DNA of 64,000 bases from Candidatus Dormiibacterota bacterium (GTDB taxonomy: Bacteria > Chloroflexota > Dormibacteria > Aeolococcales > Aeolococcaceae), in NCBI GenBank assembly GCA_963718525.1, contig OY970355.1, forward strand, positions 384,001 through 448,000, in the 5' to 3' direction. Position numbers and translations under genes: made by a program. Below the pieces are notes generated by a model. The model saw only the letters and a list, made by a program, of their open reading frames with translations. It searched no databases and was not told the origin of the DNA. Of this stretch, positions 9,540 to 19,168 are shown one piece after another (position 1 is the stretch's first letter; every line of letters starts with the position of its first letter).

Positions 9540-10673
9540 CTATCGCACCACCAAGTTTACCGAGGCGGAGGCCGAGCCGCTGCGGACCAGTTGTCCGAAG
9601 GTGCAATGCGAGACCGTACCCTGAGCCACCGCTTGTGCGCTGATCACGATGTTGTTGTGTCCCAGATTGCACCCGGAAAGCACCAGGTTGGCGACGTCTC
9701 CGATGGTCAAGGTGTACCCGCTCGCGGTCATGGTGAGACCTTCAATCGTCACGTTCCGCGCCACCTTGCCTGCGCCCGCGGGGCCGATGATGCCCACCTT
9801 GCCGCCCTCGCCGCTGCTCGTGAAGTTGACGATGGTGATGTTGTCCGCCGGCGGCGTCAGCCAGAAGCCGTTGCGGGCGCCGCACTGCTGGACGCCCGGC
9901 GTGTACTGATAGTTCGTGACGGTGGTTGTCTGGTCGACGTAGAGGGCGAGCCGCGACCCTGTATGGGTGACGTTGCTGATCGAGCTGTTCGCCTGAAAAC
10001 TCCAAGAGAATCCGTCATTGCAGTCGAGCTCGTTCAGGTTCAGGTCATTGACGACGTTGCCGGTGTTGTAGAGGGGTGCCGAGGGCTTCGCGCCCCGGGG
10101 ACCTGCGTAGTAGATGGCGAAATGCTGTGGGCCGCCGAGGACCGTCGTACTCAGCAGACTGGTGTCATTCGCCCGCACGAATAGTGCGGCTCCGCCGCCG
10201 AACGTCTGCGTGTCGAGGGTCAGATCCTCGATGATCGAGTGGTCGACCTGAACGCCGAGGAGACCCTTGTTCGCCTTCCCTTCGATCAACCACGTCTGGG
10301 CGCGGCCGGCCCCCTGCAGCGTGATCGGCGCTGTCCCCGCGATGACGATCGATCCACCGGTGCCGGTCTTCGACGCGTTGAAGATGTATTTGCCCGCGGG
10401 GACATAGACGACGCCTCCCCCGGACGCTTCGGCCGCCTGGATGGCGTTCCCGAAAGCTGTGGTGTTGTCGCTCTGGTTGTCCCCGTGTGCACCATAGGCG
10501 GTGACGTTGAACGTATGACCGCTGACTGTCGGGCTCGGTGGCAGCAGCGTCGGCGCCGGCGGTGCCGATCCGCACGCCACGACAATCCCCAGGCTCAGAG
10601 TCGCCATGGCGCTGACGCCCATGTGCACGCGAGGACGCCGCGTTGGTGCGCCCGGACCGTTCCTGCTGATCAT
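9540..10673 (-). CDS. Lipoprotein with pectate-lyase-3/GH28-like parallel beta-helix
   Basis: Lipobox-like IVVAC; FNVTAYGAHGDNQSDNTTAFGNAIQAA..GGGVVYVPAGKY; beta-helix-like repeats; AAGGA RBS upstream of ATG 10673. Confidence 0.75.
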   Translation of the reverse strand: MISRNGPGAPTRRPRVHMGVSAMATLSLGIVVACGSAPPAPTLLPPSPTVSGHTFNVTAYGAHGDNQSDNTTAFGNAIQAAEASGGGVVYVPAGKYIFNASKTGTGGSIVIAGTAPITLQGAGRAQTWLIEGKANKGLLGVQVDHSIIEDLTLDTQTFGGGAALFVRANDTSLLSTTVLGGPQHFAIYYAGPRGAKPSAPLYNTGNVVNDLNLNELDCNDGFSWSFQANSSISNVTHTGSRLALYVDQTTTVTNYQYTPGVQQCGARNGFWLTPPADNITIVNFTSSGEGGKVGIIGPAGAGKVARNVTIEGLTMTASGYTLTIGDVANLVLSGCNLGHNNIVISAQAVAQGTVSHCTFGQLVRSGSASASVNLVVR

Positions 10674-10830
10674 CCGTTCCTTGTGTTCGACAGAGCGATA
10701 CTGAGTCGCGTCCCTACACCGCCATCGGTCGTGGCGCACTCCCCGGTTCCCATGCTGACACCTGCGTCGACTCGGATCCATGAGAAGTCACTGAGAGGAG
10801 CCGTCCGTCGGACGATCGGTCTCGGCTAGC

Positions 10831-11805
10831 ATGGAAACCAGTATGCGGATCCTCATCGTTGGCACGCACCGTTGCGGTTCGACCTGGGTGGCCAACGTGC
10901 TAGGTCAGTCACCGGGCATTCACAACGTATACGAACCGGACAGCCCGTACACGGACATCCTGGGCACGGTGGTGCGCAACCGTTTGGGTGAGTATCCGTC
11001 GCTCGAGCCCGGCCAGGGGTCGTCGTGGTATTCGATGGTCTGGGATCTCGCTTTCGCGGGAGGCTGGCCGTGGAGCCGGTCCCCGTCGGCGCGGAGGCTT
11101 GGCCGGGAACTTTCGAGATCGCCCGCCGCATTCCGCGATCATGGTGTCGCGGTGCTGGCGCGAACGGTCTCGGCGACGGTGCCGCGACGCGACCCGCACG
11201 TCATCGTCAAGTCCGCGAATTGCGGTTTCTCGGTCGAGTGGATCTCGCGCCGCTACCACCCCCGCGTTGTGATCCAGCGTCGTAACCCGCTGAACATCGT
11301 GTCCAGTTGGATGGCGCTCAACATCGAGCCGGACCGCCTCGACGACCCGGCGGTGCATCGGTTGTGGCTCGCCCCGCATGGGTTGACACGTCCCTCGACG
11401 TTGACATCGCGCGTCGCTGAAGTCGCGTGGACTGTCGGGGTGCTCACCGTCGCCCTCAAGGACACCGCAGCTCGTCACCCGGACTGGATCGTGATCTCAC
11501 ACGACGACCTGTCGCTCGATCCATATGAGGGCTTCACCTCGCTGTTTGCGCGTCTCGGCCTGCCGTGGACACCTCGGGTCAGGGCGTACCTCGAGGCCGC
11601 AGACGACCCGTCGTTCGTCGTGACCGGCGCGAACCCGTTCGCACATCCCAACGCGCAGACAGCCGCCGGCGACGGAAGCAGCCGCCGTGTTCAGCAAGCT
11701 ACACAGTATCGGCGCCGCCTCACGCCTGCGCAGGTCGCTGAGGCGCGGTCGGTACTGGAAGCGCTCCCGCTCGGTGATTGGGGCGTTCCCGCCTCCGCGG
11801 AGTAG
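10831..11805 (+). CDS. Sulfotransferase family protein (paralog 2)
   Basis: GTHRCGSTWV, YEPD, RRNPLNIVSSW, SHDDLSLDP. Confidence 0.85.
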   Translation: METSMRILIVGTHRCGSTWVANVLGQSPGIHNVYEPDSPYTDILGTVVRNRLGEYPSLEPGQGSSWYSMVWDLAFAGGWPWSRSPSARRLGRELSRSPAAFRDHGVAVLARTVSATVPRRDPHVIVKSANCGFSVEWISRRYHPRVVIQRRNPLNIVSSWMALNIEPDRLDDPAVHRLWLAPHGLTRPSTLTSRVAEVAWTVGVLTVALKDTAARHPDWIVISHDDLSLDPYEGFTSLFARLGLPWTPRVRAYLEAADDPSFVVTGANPFAHPNAQTAAGDGSSRRVQQATQYRRRLTPAQVAEARSVLEALPLGDWGVPASAE

Positions 11806-11983
11806 ATCTTGCCAACGCGTTGTTGGCACGGTATGCTCGTACCCTCAAGGAGAGTGGGTGGGCAGGACAGGGGGATCAAAGGTCGAATGATGCGGCACAA
11901 CTCGGTGACGACATGGACGCTCGCGCGCGCATCTGCATTGATCACACATGCGCTGGTGATGAGCCTGTCCAGGCGGCTGTGTC

Positions 11984-12703
11984 ATGACTGAAGAACAGCG
12001 CGTCCCATCCGGTGAGCGCGTCGCGTTGCCGCGACTTCACGGCGACGCTGAGCCGTGTCTGCTGTATCTCGTTCGGCACGGCACAACGACCATGAACATC
12101 GACAACCGCTATCGCGGACGGCGCGACATCCCACTGGACGCGCAGGGATACCAGGATGCGGTTGATGCGGCGCGCTTCCTTGGCCGTTGTGGCATCTCGG
12201 CGGTGTACACGGGTCCGCTTCGTCGCACCATCGCCACAGCGCAGATCATCGCCGACGAATCGGGGGTGCCCGACATCCGGATCCTTCATGGTCTCGTCAA
12301 TCTTGACTACGGCGCATGGGAGGGTATGACGGCGGACGAGGCGGCCATGTACGACCCAGTCGCCTTCAACCTGTATCGGTCGTCCCCACTGGAGTGCGTC
12401 TGCCCGAACGGAGAGCAACTCCACCAAGCGCAGGATCGAATGCTCGAAGCGCTCAGGTTGATCGGGGTGCGCCACGAGGGCGAGCGGATCGCCGCCGTCA
12501 CACATGCGGTGATGATCCGGCTGGTGATGTCGTCGATCCTCGATCTTCCCGGTGAAAACTGGCGTGTTCCGCTCGGCCGAGGATCGATCACCGAGGTGAT
12601 CATCGACGGCGGCACCATCTCCCTCGGGCCGGGTCCCGGCTACGGTGGCTCGGCGGACGAGGCGCCGGAGCTCCCGTCGTTGCGAGCCGTGACCTCGAAC
12701 TGA
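11984..12703 (+). CDS. Histidine phosphatase (phosphoglycerate mutase superfamily)
   Basis: LYLVRHG, DIPLD, YGAWEG, PNGE, AVTH. Confidence 0.85.
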   Translation: MTEEQRVPSGERVALPRLHGDAEPCLLYLVRHGTTTMNIDNRYRGRRDIPLDAQGYQDAVDAARFLGRCGISAVYTGPLRRTIATAQIIADESGVPDIRILHGLVNLDYGAWEGMTADEAAMYDPVAFNLYRSSPLECVCPNGEQLHQAQDRMLEALRLIGVRHEGERIAAVTHAVMIRLVMSSILDLPGENWRVPLGRGSITEVIIDGGTISLGPGPGYGGSADEAPELPSLRAVTSN

Positions 12704-12706
12704 TCG

Positions 12707-12759
12707 GATCGGGAGGAACGATCACCTCGGGCTCGAGGCAACGCGTGATCTTCCCGATC
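12707..12759. terminator. Stem-loop between convergent genes
   Basis: gatcggga...tcccgatc outer stem with nested gatcac/gtgatc and ctcg/cgag pairs. Confidence 0.45.
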
Positions 12760-12777
12760 GAGCGTTGACGCGAGCCG

Positions 12778-13602
12778 CTAAGGTGTCGGGGGGGTTGGCC
12801 GGCGGCGTGCGCTACGCACGATTGCAGTGATCCCGACGAGGATGAGCGCGAGACCGGTGAGCGGCAGAGCCAGACCTCCAGACCCGGTGCCCGGCGTGGT
12901 GATGCCCTGGACACCACCGACTGGCGTGGGGCTGGAGGTCGCCGGCGACACCGACCCGGTGGGTGTAGGGGTCGGGGTCGGGGTCGGCGGTGTGCATCCG
13001 GAGGAACGGTTGCCGACCTGACCGTCGATCCAGCGATGCTCGGTTCGGTACTGGCCGATCGTCATGGTCGCGAGCGGTTCTCCGTAGATGAGGTCGACCT
13101 GGAAGGCGCAGTCGGGCACGTGCACGGTCAACACCTGCGACGTCGCGGCCAGACACGGATCGCTCGCCGCATCAGGATCAGCGCCTGGGCTGAAACTCGA
13201 GCAATCGAACAGGTTCTGCACAGAGCTGCTGCTCGACGCGGTATTGCTCAAGAGCGTGATCTCGATATCCGCGCTTCCCGAAACCGGTGGAGCGGGCGAG
13301 ACGAGGGTGAAATGCGCCGTTACGACATCGCCAGACGAAACGTTGCCAAACAGGGTGCAGACTGTGGTGGTCTGACCGGCATGCTCAATGGAGAACCAGT
13401 AGCTCTCCAACACCTTGTTGGTGGAGTTGGTCGGATCGTTGAGATTGGGCTGATGCTCGCACGTGGGAGCTGTGATCGCTTGCTTGGAATGACGCGCTGC
13501 GGCTTGCACCGGCAGCATGCCAATGGTGAAGAGAAACACGCCGGCGACCAATATCGAGACGGCGCCAGCCCGACGCAGCATTCCTCCCGCCCGGAGCACC
13601 AT
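12778..13602 (-). CDS. Secreted Cys-containing surface protein with PT linker and C-terminal sorting-like tail
   Basis: GGAGG RBS; signal peptide ending VQA-A; PDCAFQVDLIYG; PTPTPTPTP; GVQGITTPGTG followed by TM and RRR. Confidence 0.75.
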   Translation of the reverse strand: MVLRAGGMLRRAGAVSILVAGVFLFTIGMLPVQAAARHSKQAITAPTCEHQPNLNDPTNSTNKVLESYWFSIEHAGQTTTVCTLFGNVSSGDVVTAHFTLVSPAPPVSGSADIEITLLSNTASSSSSVQNLFDCSSFSPGADPDAASDPCLAATSQVLTVHVPDCAFQVDLIYGEPLATMTIGQYRTEHRWIDGQVGNRSSGCTPPTPTPTPTPTGSVSPATSSPTPVGGVQGITTPGTGSGGLALPLTGLALILVGITAIVRSARRRPTPPTP

Positions 13603-13715
13603 GTATTCGCCTCCAGTGCCTTTTCCGCCACGCCATGCAACTTTCGGGGCGTATGGAGCGTGATCATATGCTAGGCGGACCGGAGAACTCAACAAACGAT
13701 CTGACGAGGAGACGC

Positions 13716-14528
13716 GTGAAGACTGTCGCAGATGAGACCACGCCCGAAGAAGGCACCTGGACTGACCATGAAGTGTCACGGCAGATCGCTGAAGAAGCCG
13801 GCCGTCTGCTCATGGAGCTTCGTCGCTCCGCCCCTCAGGCGGCCGATGATCGCTGGCTGCGCGACCAGGGCGACGCGCGCTCGCACCGAATGATCATGGC
13901 CCGCCTCGCCGAGCTGCGGCCGGATGACGCGATTCTTTCCGAGGAAGGCAAGGACGACCAGGAGCGTCTCCGGCACCGACGCGTCTGGGTCGTCGATCCG
14001 CTGGACGGGACCCGGGAGTACGGAGAGCCCCCTCGCGACGACTGGGCTGTGCATGTCGCCTTGTGCATCGATGGTCTGCCGGTTGCAGGCTCGGTCGCGC
14101 TCCCAGCGCAGGGACGAGTTCTCACCACCGCGAACTCCTTCCGGACCGCTCCTGCGGACGGCGTCCCCCTGCGGATGGTGGCGAGCCGCACGCGGGCTCC
14201 GGCGATCGTGACCGCGGTCGCAGCGGCGCTCAACGCGGAACTCGTCTACATGGGTTCGGCGGGAGCCAAGGCGATGACGGTGGTATCCGGGGGGGCCGAC
14301 GTATACCTGCATGCAGGCGGGCAATACGAGTGGGATTCGGCCGCACCGGTGGCCGTCGCAATGGCAGCGGGATTGCACTGCTCACGCATCGACGGATCGC
14401 CGCTTGTCTACAACCAACCCAATCCGTATTTGCCTGATCTCCTTATCTGCAAACGATCAATTGCCCGGGAGGTACTGGCCTTGGTGGCGGCGCATACCGG
14501 CTCCGATGCACTCGCGCAGGGGTCTTGA
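13716..14528 (+). CDS. cysQ: 3'(2'),5'-bisphosphate nucleotidase CysQ
   Basis: ILSEEG, WVVDPLDGTREY, ASRTR, MGSAGAKA, EWDSAAP; GAGGAG RBS before GTG 13716. Confidence 0.9.
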   Translation: MKTVADETTPEEGTWTDHEVSRQIAEEAGRLLMELRRSAPQAADDRWLRDQGDARSHRMIMARLAELRPDDAILSEEGKDDQERLRHRRVWVVDPLDGTREYGEPPRDDWAVHVALCIDGLPVAGSVALPAQGRVLTTANSFRTAPADGVPLRMVASRTRAPAIVTAVAAALNAELVYMGSAGAKAMTVVSGGADVYLHAGGQYEWDSAAPVAVAMAAGLHCSRIDGSPLVYNQPNPYLPDLLICKRSIAREVLALVAAHTGSDALAQGS

Positions 14529-14670
14529 TTGGGCGCCGATGGTGTATGATCGACGTGTGGCGGCCGCTGCCGTGGAGCATTGGGGTGGGTGTCGATAACC
14601 TCCCTGCGGAGGCATCGGAATTGCGGTGAAATCGGATGACCCGGGCGGGGGAAGGGAAGGACGCAGAGAG

Positions 14671-15759
14671 ATGAGAACGCAAACACTGCTACGTAGGCTC
14701 GTTTTCGCGGCCGGCGGGGTCGTGGTGCTCCTTACCGTCGCGTTCGGACCGAGCGTCATTCAGCATTTCACAAAGAAACAGCTTCCGCCGGCCCTTGCTA
14801 CAGCCGCGGATCAAAGCTTCCCGGTGCTGGCGACAGCGTCCGGGGTCCTTCAGCCCGGTCAGCTCGAGAACGTGAACTTTTCAATCGCGGGGCAGGTGCA
14901 AGCCGTCTACGCACAGGTGGAAAGCAAGGTCACCGCTCATCAGCTTCTCGCAGCGTTGAACGACAGCACTCAGCAGGCAGAGTTGAATGCGGCCAACTTC
15001 GCGGTGAGTGCTGCCGACGCGGCCATCGCCCAGGCGCAGGCGAGCGGATCAAGCGCTCAGGTGTCGCAGGCAGAGGCGCAGCTGGCCCAGGCACAGGTCG
15101 AACTGATACGCGCAAGGAACGATGATGCTGCCACGCGGCTGTACGCGCCCGAATCCGGAACCATTATCCAGGTAAACGGTATCGCGGGCGATAGCGTGAC
15201 CGCCGGGAACTCGGGCTTCACCAACCCGGCGACCAACGGCGGGTCCGCGACCGCCAACGGGTTCATCGTCATCGGCAACAACTCGAGCTTTGAGTTCTGG
15301 GCGCCTTTCAGCCAATCCGAGGACGTGCTGCTCGCGCCCAATCAGACGGCGACGGTGACCGTGGATGCGCTGCCCGGCCTTTCCCTTCCGGCCGTTGTCA
15401 AAGTAATTGAGCCGAGCGCGATTCAGGTCGGCGGTGTTCCCGAGTACTACGCCGATATCCAGCTCAATGCCACGGATCCTCGGCTGCGAAATGGTCAAAC
15501 GGGATCAGTGAACGTCGTCATCGCCAACGCGGTCAACGTCCTCTCAGTTCCATCGACAGCCTTGTTCACCGGTGCGAACGGCGCGCTTCAGGTCGACGTC
15601 TGGTCCGGAGGTCAGGCGTATCCGACCACCGTCACCATCAATTACGTCGGCATCAGATACACGCAGATCACCTCAGGGTTGTCCGCGGGCGAGCAGGTCG
15701 TCCTGTCACCGGCGGGACAGACCTCGCTGCCGACTGCGTCCTCACCTTCTCCGTCGTGA
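14671..15759 (+). CDS. Membrane-fusion/periplasmic adaptor subunit (MacA/YknX-like)
   Basis: N-terminal TM, ASGVLQP, short coiled coil, LYAPESGTI, LRNGQTG, VLSVPSTAL, ITSGLSAGEQVV. Confidence 0.85.
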   Translation: MRTQTLLRRLVFAAGGVVVLLTVAFGPSVIQHFTKKQLPPALATAADQSFPVLATASGVLQPGQLENVNFSIAGQVQAVYAQVESKVTAHQLLAALNDSTQQAELNAANFAVSAADAAIAQAQASGSSAQVSQAEAQLAQAQVELIRARNDDAATRLYAPESGTIIQVNGIAGDSVTAGNSGFTNPATNGGSATANGFIVIGNNSSFEFWAPFSQSEDVLLAPNQTATVTVDALPGLSLPAVVKVIEPSAIQVGGVPEYYADIQLNATDPRLRNGQTGSVNVVIANAVNVLSVPSTALFTGANGALQVDVWSGGQAYPTTVTINYVGIRYTQITSGLSAGEQVVLSPAGQTSLPTASSPSPS

Positions 15760-15787
15760 ACAACCAGGCACGCTGAGCGTCACATTC

Positions 15788-16531
15788 ATGATTGAGCTTG
15801 CATCGGTCGGCAAGATATACGGCAGTGCTGCGGCCCCGGTCACCGCGTTGCGCGATGCGAACCTGGTCATCCAGCGGGGTGAATTCGTCGCCGTCGTCGG
15901 CCCGTCCGGCTCCGGAAAATCGACGCTGCTCAACCTCATCGGCTGCCTCGACCAACCGTCATCCGGCCATCTCCTCTTCCTCGGTGAGGATACGAGTACG
16001 CTCAACGACACCAAGCTGTCTCGCATCCGCAATCGCTCGATCGGGTTCGTGTTCCAGATGTTCAATCTGGTACCGGAGTTGACCGTCTTCGAGAACATCG
16101 AACTGCCTCTCGTCTATGCAGGCGTGACCAAGCATCGTCGGGCGCTGACCTCCAAGGCCCTCGAGCGAGTCGGCATGGAGCATCGAGCCGAGCATCGAGC
16201 AAGCCTGCTCTCGGGCGGGGAGCAGCAGCGGGTGGCGATCGCACGGGCGATCGTCAATGACCCGGCGCTCATCCTCGCGGACGAGCCCACCGGAAGCATC
16301 GACCCGGTGAGCGCGGAGGGCGTGATGCAGCTCCTCGGAGAGCTGCACGACCAGGCACGAACGATCGTGCTCGTGACCCACAATCTGTCGGTCGCAGCTT
16401 TGGCGCAGCGCGTGGTGCGGATTGAGTCCGGGACCATCAGCGAGGTCAGCCACACCGCATCGCCGATCGTCGCAATCGCCACCGAAGTGCCGAGCGCCCC
16501 ATTGGCGAGCTCGGTGCCCGCCGTCGAATGA
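15788..16531 (+). CDS. ABC transporter ATP-binding protein (MacB/LolD-like)
   Basis: Walker A GPSGSGKST, signature LSGGEQQRVAIARA, Walker B ILADEPTG. Confidence 0.93.
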   Translation: MIELASVGKIYGSAAAPVTALRDANLVIQRGEFVAVVGPSGSGKSTLLNLIGCLDQPSSGHLLFLGEDTSTLNDTKLSRIRNRSIGFVFQMFNLVPELTVFENIELPLVYAGVTKHRRALTSKALERVGMEHRAEHRASLLSGGEQQRVAIARAIVNDPALILADEPTGSIDPVSAEGVMQLLGELHDQARTIVLVTHNLSVAALAQRVVRIESGTISEVSHTASPIVAIATEVPSAPLASSVPAVE

Positions 16532-17760
16532 AGTTCCGCGACGCGATCCTGGTTGCGTACCGGGGCCTCACCCGCCACTGGGTGCGTGCAACGCTGAATG
16601 TGCTCGGAATCGTCGCCGGCGTCGCTTCAGTGATCATGCTCATCTCGGTAGCGCACTCAGTGAGCAGCAGCGCGAAGTCGGCGGTCGAAGGCTTGGGTGC
16701 CAATCTCGTCGTGGTCTACCCATCCGGTTCCCCGTCGTCAGGCGTCCAACTCGGTATCGGCACCACATCGAGTTTGACCTCGAACGACGTGACGGCTCTC
16801 AGCAACCTTGCCAATGTCCCCGATGCCGCGCAAGCCGTCCCGAGCGCAGGCATCAGCACCAATGTCACCGCTTCTGCACATACGTGGCAGACCGATGTGA
16901 TCGGCAGCACGCCGGGATTCGGCATCGCTCGCGGATACACCCTCAGTCAGGGCGCGCCCTTTAGCTATTCCGCCGTGGCTGGCGCGCAGAATGTGGTCAT
17001 CCTCGGGCAGACGGTCGCGCGGCAGCTGTTTCCCACCGTCGACCCAATCGGTCAGCACGTGCTCATCAACCAGCAGGACTTCACGGTCATCGGCGAGTAC
17101 GCAGCACGGGGCTATTCCGGGCTGTATAACCAGGATGATCTCGTGGTCATGCCGATCACGACGCTCTGGGATTTCGTGCTTCCAAGCACGTTGCCCAGGA
17201 TCCAGCAGATCCTGGTGCAGGCAACCAGCCCGAGCACGACGACGAAGGTGGCGGATGAAGTGACGAATACGCTGCTGCATCAGCACGGCATCACCAATCC
17301 AGCGCTTGCCGACTTCCGTGTGGTGACCCAGCAGGATCTTGTCGCCGGCGCCGAGCGCGTGGGCACAGTCATGCAGTGGATGCTCGGGGCAGTCGCGCTG
17401 ATCGCGCTCCTCACGGGCGGCATCGGCATCATGAGCCTCATGCTGGCCACCGTCGGCGAGCGAGCCTACGAGATCGGTGTTCGTCGTGCTGTCGGCGCAA
17501 GTCGTGAGGACATCCTCGGCCAGTTCCTCATCGAAGCCCTTCTGCTCGCCGTCCTTGGTGGCGTCGCGGGCATCGCGCTCGGTTTCGGTGGGGCGACTCT
17601 GACGGGAGACGTATTCACGGATCTCCCCCCGCCGGTGGTGACCGGTTTCGCGGTACTCATTGCCGCCGGCGTGGCGCTCGTGATTGGTGTCGGAGCTGGG
17701 CTCTATCCCGCGGTGCGCGCCTCCCTCCTGCAGCCCGTCGAAGCTGTGCACCGTCAATAG
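16528..17760 (+). CDS. ABC transporter permease (MacB/FtsX family)
   Basis: LGIVAGVASV, GGIGIMSLML.TVGER.YEIGVRRAVGA, GLYPA; ATGA overlap with the ATPase gene. Confidence 0.92.
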   Translation: MKFRDAILVAYRGLTRHWVRATLNVLGIVAGVASVIMLISVAHSVSSSAKSAVEGLGANLVVVYPSGSPSSGVQLGIGTTSSLTSNDVTALSNLANVPDAAQAVPSAGISTNVTASAHTWQTDVIGSTPGFGIARGYTLSQGAPFSYSAVAGAQNVVILGQTVARQLFPTVDPIGQHVLINQQDFTVIGEYAARGYSGLYNQDDLVVMPITTLWDFVLPSTLPRIQQILVQATSPSTTTKVADEVTNTLLHQHGITNPALADFRVVTQQDLVAGAERVGTVMQWMLGAVALIALLTGGIGIMSLMLATVGERAYEIGVRRAVGASREDILGQFLIEALLLAVLGGVAGIALGFGGATLTGDVFTDLPPPVVTGFAVLIAAGVALVIGVGAGLYPAVRASLLQPVEAVHRQ

Positions 17761-17772
17761 GCCGGTCGATCG

Positions 17773-18096
17773 ATGATCAGGATTCCCACGCTTTCGCGCT
17801 CGCCTGCGACGGCCGCGGCCGCGTCGGCGGTGCTCATCGTCGCGGCGCTGGTCGGAGTGATCCTCGCTGCCGGCGCTGATTCGGGGTCTGCATCCACGTC
17901 GGGCCAATACGCCGCCGCGCCGGCAGCCAATGGTGCCCCGCTGGTGCTCCCGAAGGCGTGCGTGGTTACAACGCACCGCCAGTCATGCAGTGCCGCTGCG
18001 TCGAAGTCGCATCGCGCAAAGCAGGTCAAGAAGCAGCCCGTCCAGGCTGCAACGGCCCCGGCGCAGACCGCCGCTCCCATCACGGTGGGGCCATGA
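17773..18096 (+). CDS. Small hypothetical membrane-anchored or secreted protein
   Basis: Fills the operon gap exactly; N-terminal hydrophobic helix; two Cys; Ala/Ser/Lys-rich; ATGA overlap with the next gene. Confidence 0.55.
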   Translation: MIRIPTLSRSPATAAAASAVLIVAALVGVILAAGADSGSASTSGQYAAAPAANGAPLVLPKACVVTTHRQSCSAAASKSHRAKQVKKQPVQAATAPAQTAAPITVGP

Positions 18097-19049
18097 GAGT
18101 ATTTGTCGCTGGGGCGGCCCGCTGTGGTAGCACGTGGGCCGCGAACGTTCTCGGACATGCCGTCAACTCGCGCATCGTGTACGAGCCCGACGGGCACAAC
18201 TCGGATGTTCTCGGGGCTGTCGCCGCGGCACGGCTCGGCGAGTACCCCGTGCTCGAGGCGGGCAACTCGAGCTACTGGTATCGCCTGATCTGGGATCTTG
18301 CGTTCTCCGGCGGCTGGCCGTGGGACCAGGTTGAATCAGCCCGGGCGGCGGGCCGAGGACTGGTGCGTATACCTCCGGTGATGCGCGACTACCTCGTCGC
18401 CGGCCTCGCCGAGGGGACACGAACCGTGCGCCGGCGACCACGCAACGTCGTCGTGAAATCGGTCAACTCCATCTTCTCCCTGGACTGGATTGCAGAGCGG
18501 TATTCGCCGAGTGTGGTGATCCTTCGCCGCAATCCGCTGAACATCGTTTCCAGCTGGCTCGTGCTTGGGATGTGGAGTGACCACGCGATCGGCAACCATC
18601 CGCTGGTGCGGGAGCGCTATCTCAATGCACTGGGCCTCCAATCGCCCAACGGCACGTCGTCGCCGGTGCGGATCGCGGCCTGGAATGTCGGGCTGTTGAC
18701 CCGCGCCCTCAAGGACGCGGCTGATCGTCACCCTGCGTGGATCGTCGCATCGCACGATGACCTCTGCGTCGACCCGGTCGAGAAGTTTCAGGCGTTGACC
18801 GCTCGCATCGGGTTGCAGTGGTCACCCGCCATGGAACGCTATCTCACCGATTCCGAGGATCCGGGTTTCACCGTCCATCACGGCACGGTCAAGGTGCATC
18901 CCAACGCTGTGACAGCAACCACTTCAGGCAGCCGGCGTGAGCAGCAGGCCACCCAGTTCACGCGCCGCCTGACTCCTGAACAGACCGCCGAGGCGTTGGC
19001 TGTCCTGGAGACATTCGACCTCGGCGACTGGGGACCTCAAACCTTCTGA
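18093..19049 (+). CDS. Sulfotransferase family protein (paralog 3)
   Basis: GAARCGSTWA, YEPD, RRNPLNIVSSW, SHDDLCVDP; start MRVFVAG. Confidence 0.85.
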   Translation: MRVFVAGAARCGSTWAANVLGHAVNSRIVYEPDGHNSDVLGAVAAARLGEYPVLEAGNSSYWYRLIWDLAFSGGWPWDQVESARAAGRGLVRIPPVMRDYLVAGLAEGTRTVRRRPRNVVVKSVNSIFSLDWIAERYSPSVVILRRNPLNIVSSWLVLGMWSDHAIGNHPLVRERYLNALGLQSPNGTSSPVRIAAWNVGLLTRALKDAADRHPAWIVASHDDLCVDPVEKFQALTARIGLQWSPAMERYLTDSEDPGFTVHHGTVKVHPNAVTATTSGSRREQQATQFTRRLTPEQTAEALAVLETFDLGDWGPQTF

Positions 19050-19118
19050 GGATCCACCGACCCGGGCTTCGGCGGCCCCGGTCGGCGTCGCCTGGCACGA
19101 TGCGCCCCCCACACATGG

Positions 19119-19168
19119 CAAGGGACCCCGCCGCATCACTCGGCGGAGTGTGCGGCGAGGTCCCCTTG
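19119..19168. terminator. Long stem-loop between convergent genes
   Basis: caagggacc-cgccgca-cactc pairs with gagtg-tgcggcg-ggtccccttg; a second hairpin lies at 19057-19085. Confidence 0.6.

Noticed and set aside
12950-12995. ggggtc tandem repeat
   Set aside because: Encodes the Pro-Thr linker of the surface protein; not CRISPR or a contingency locus.
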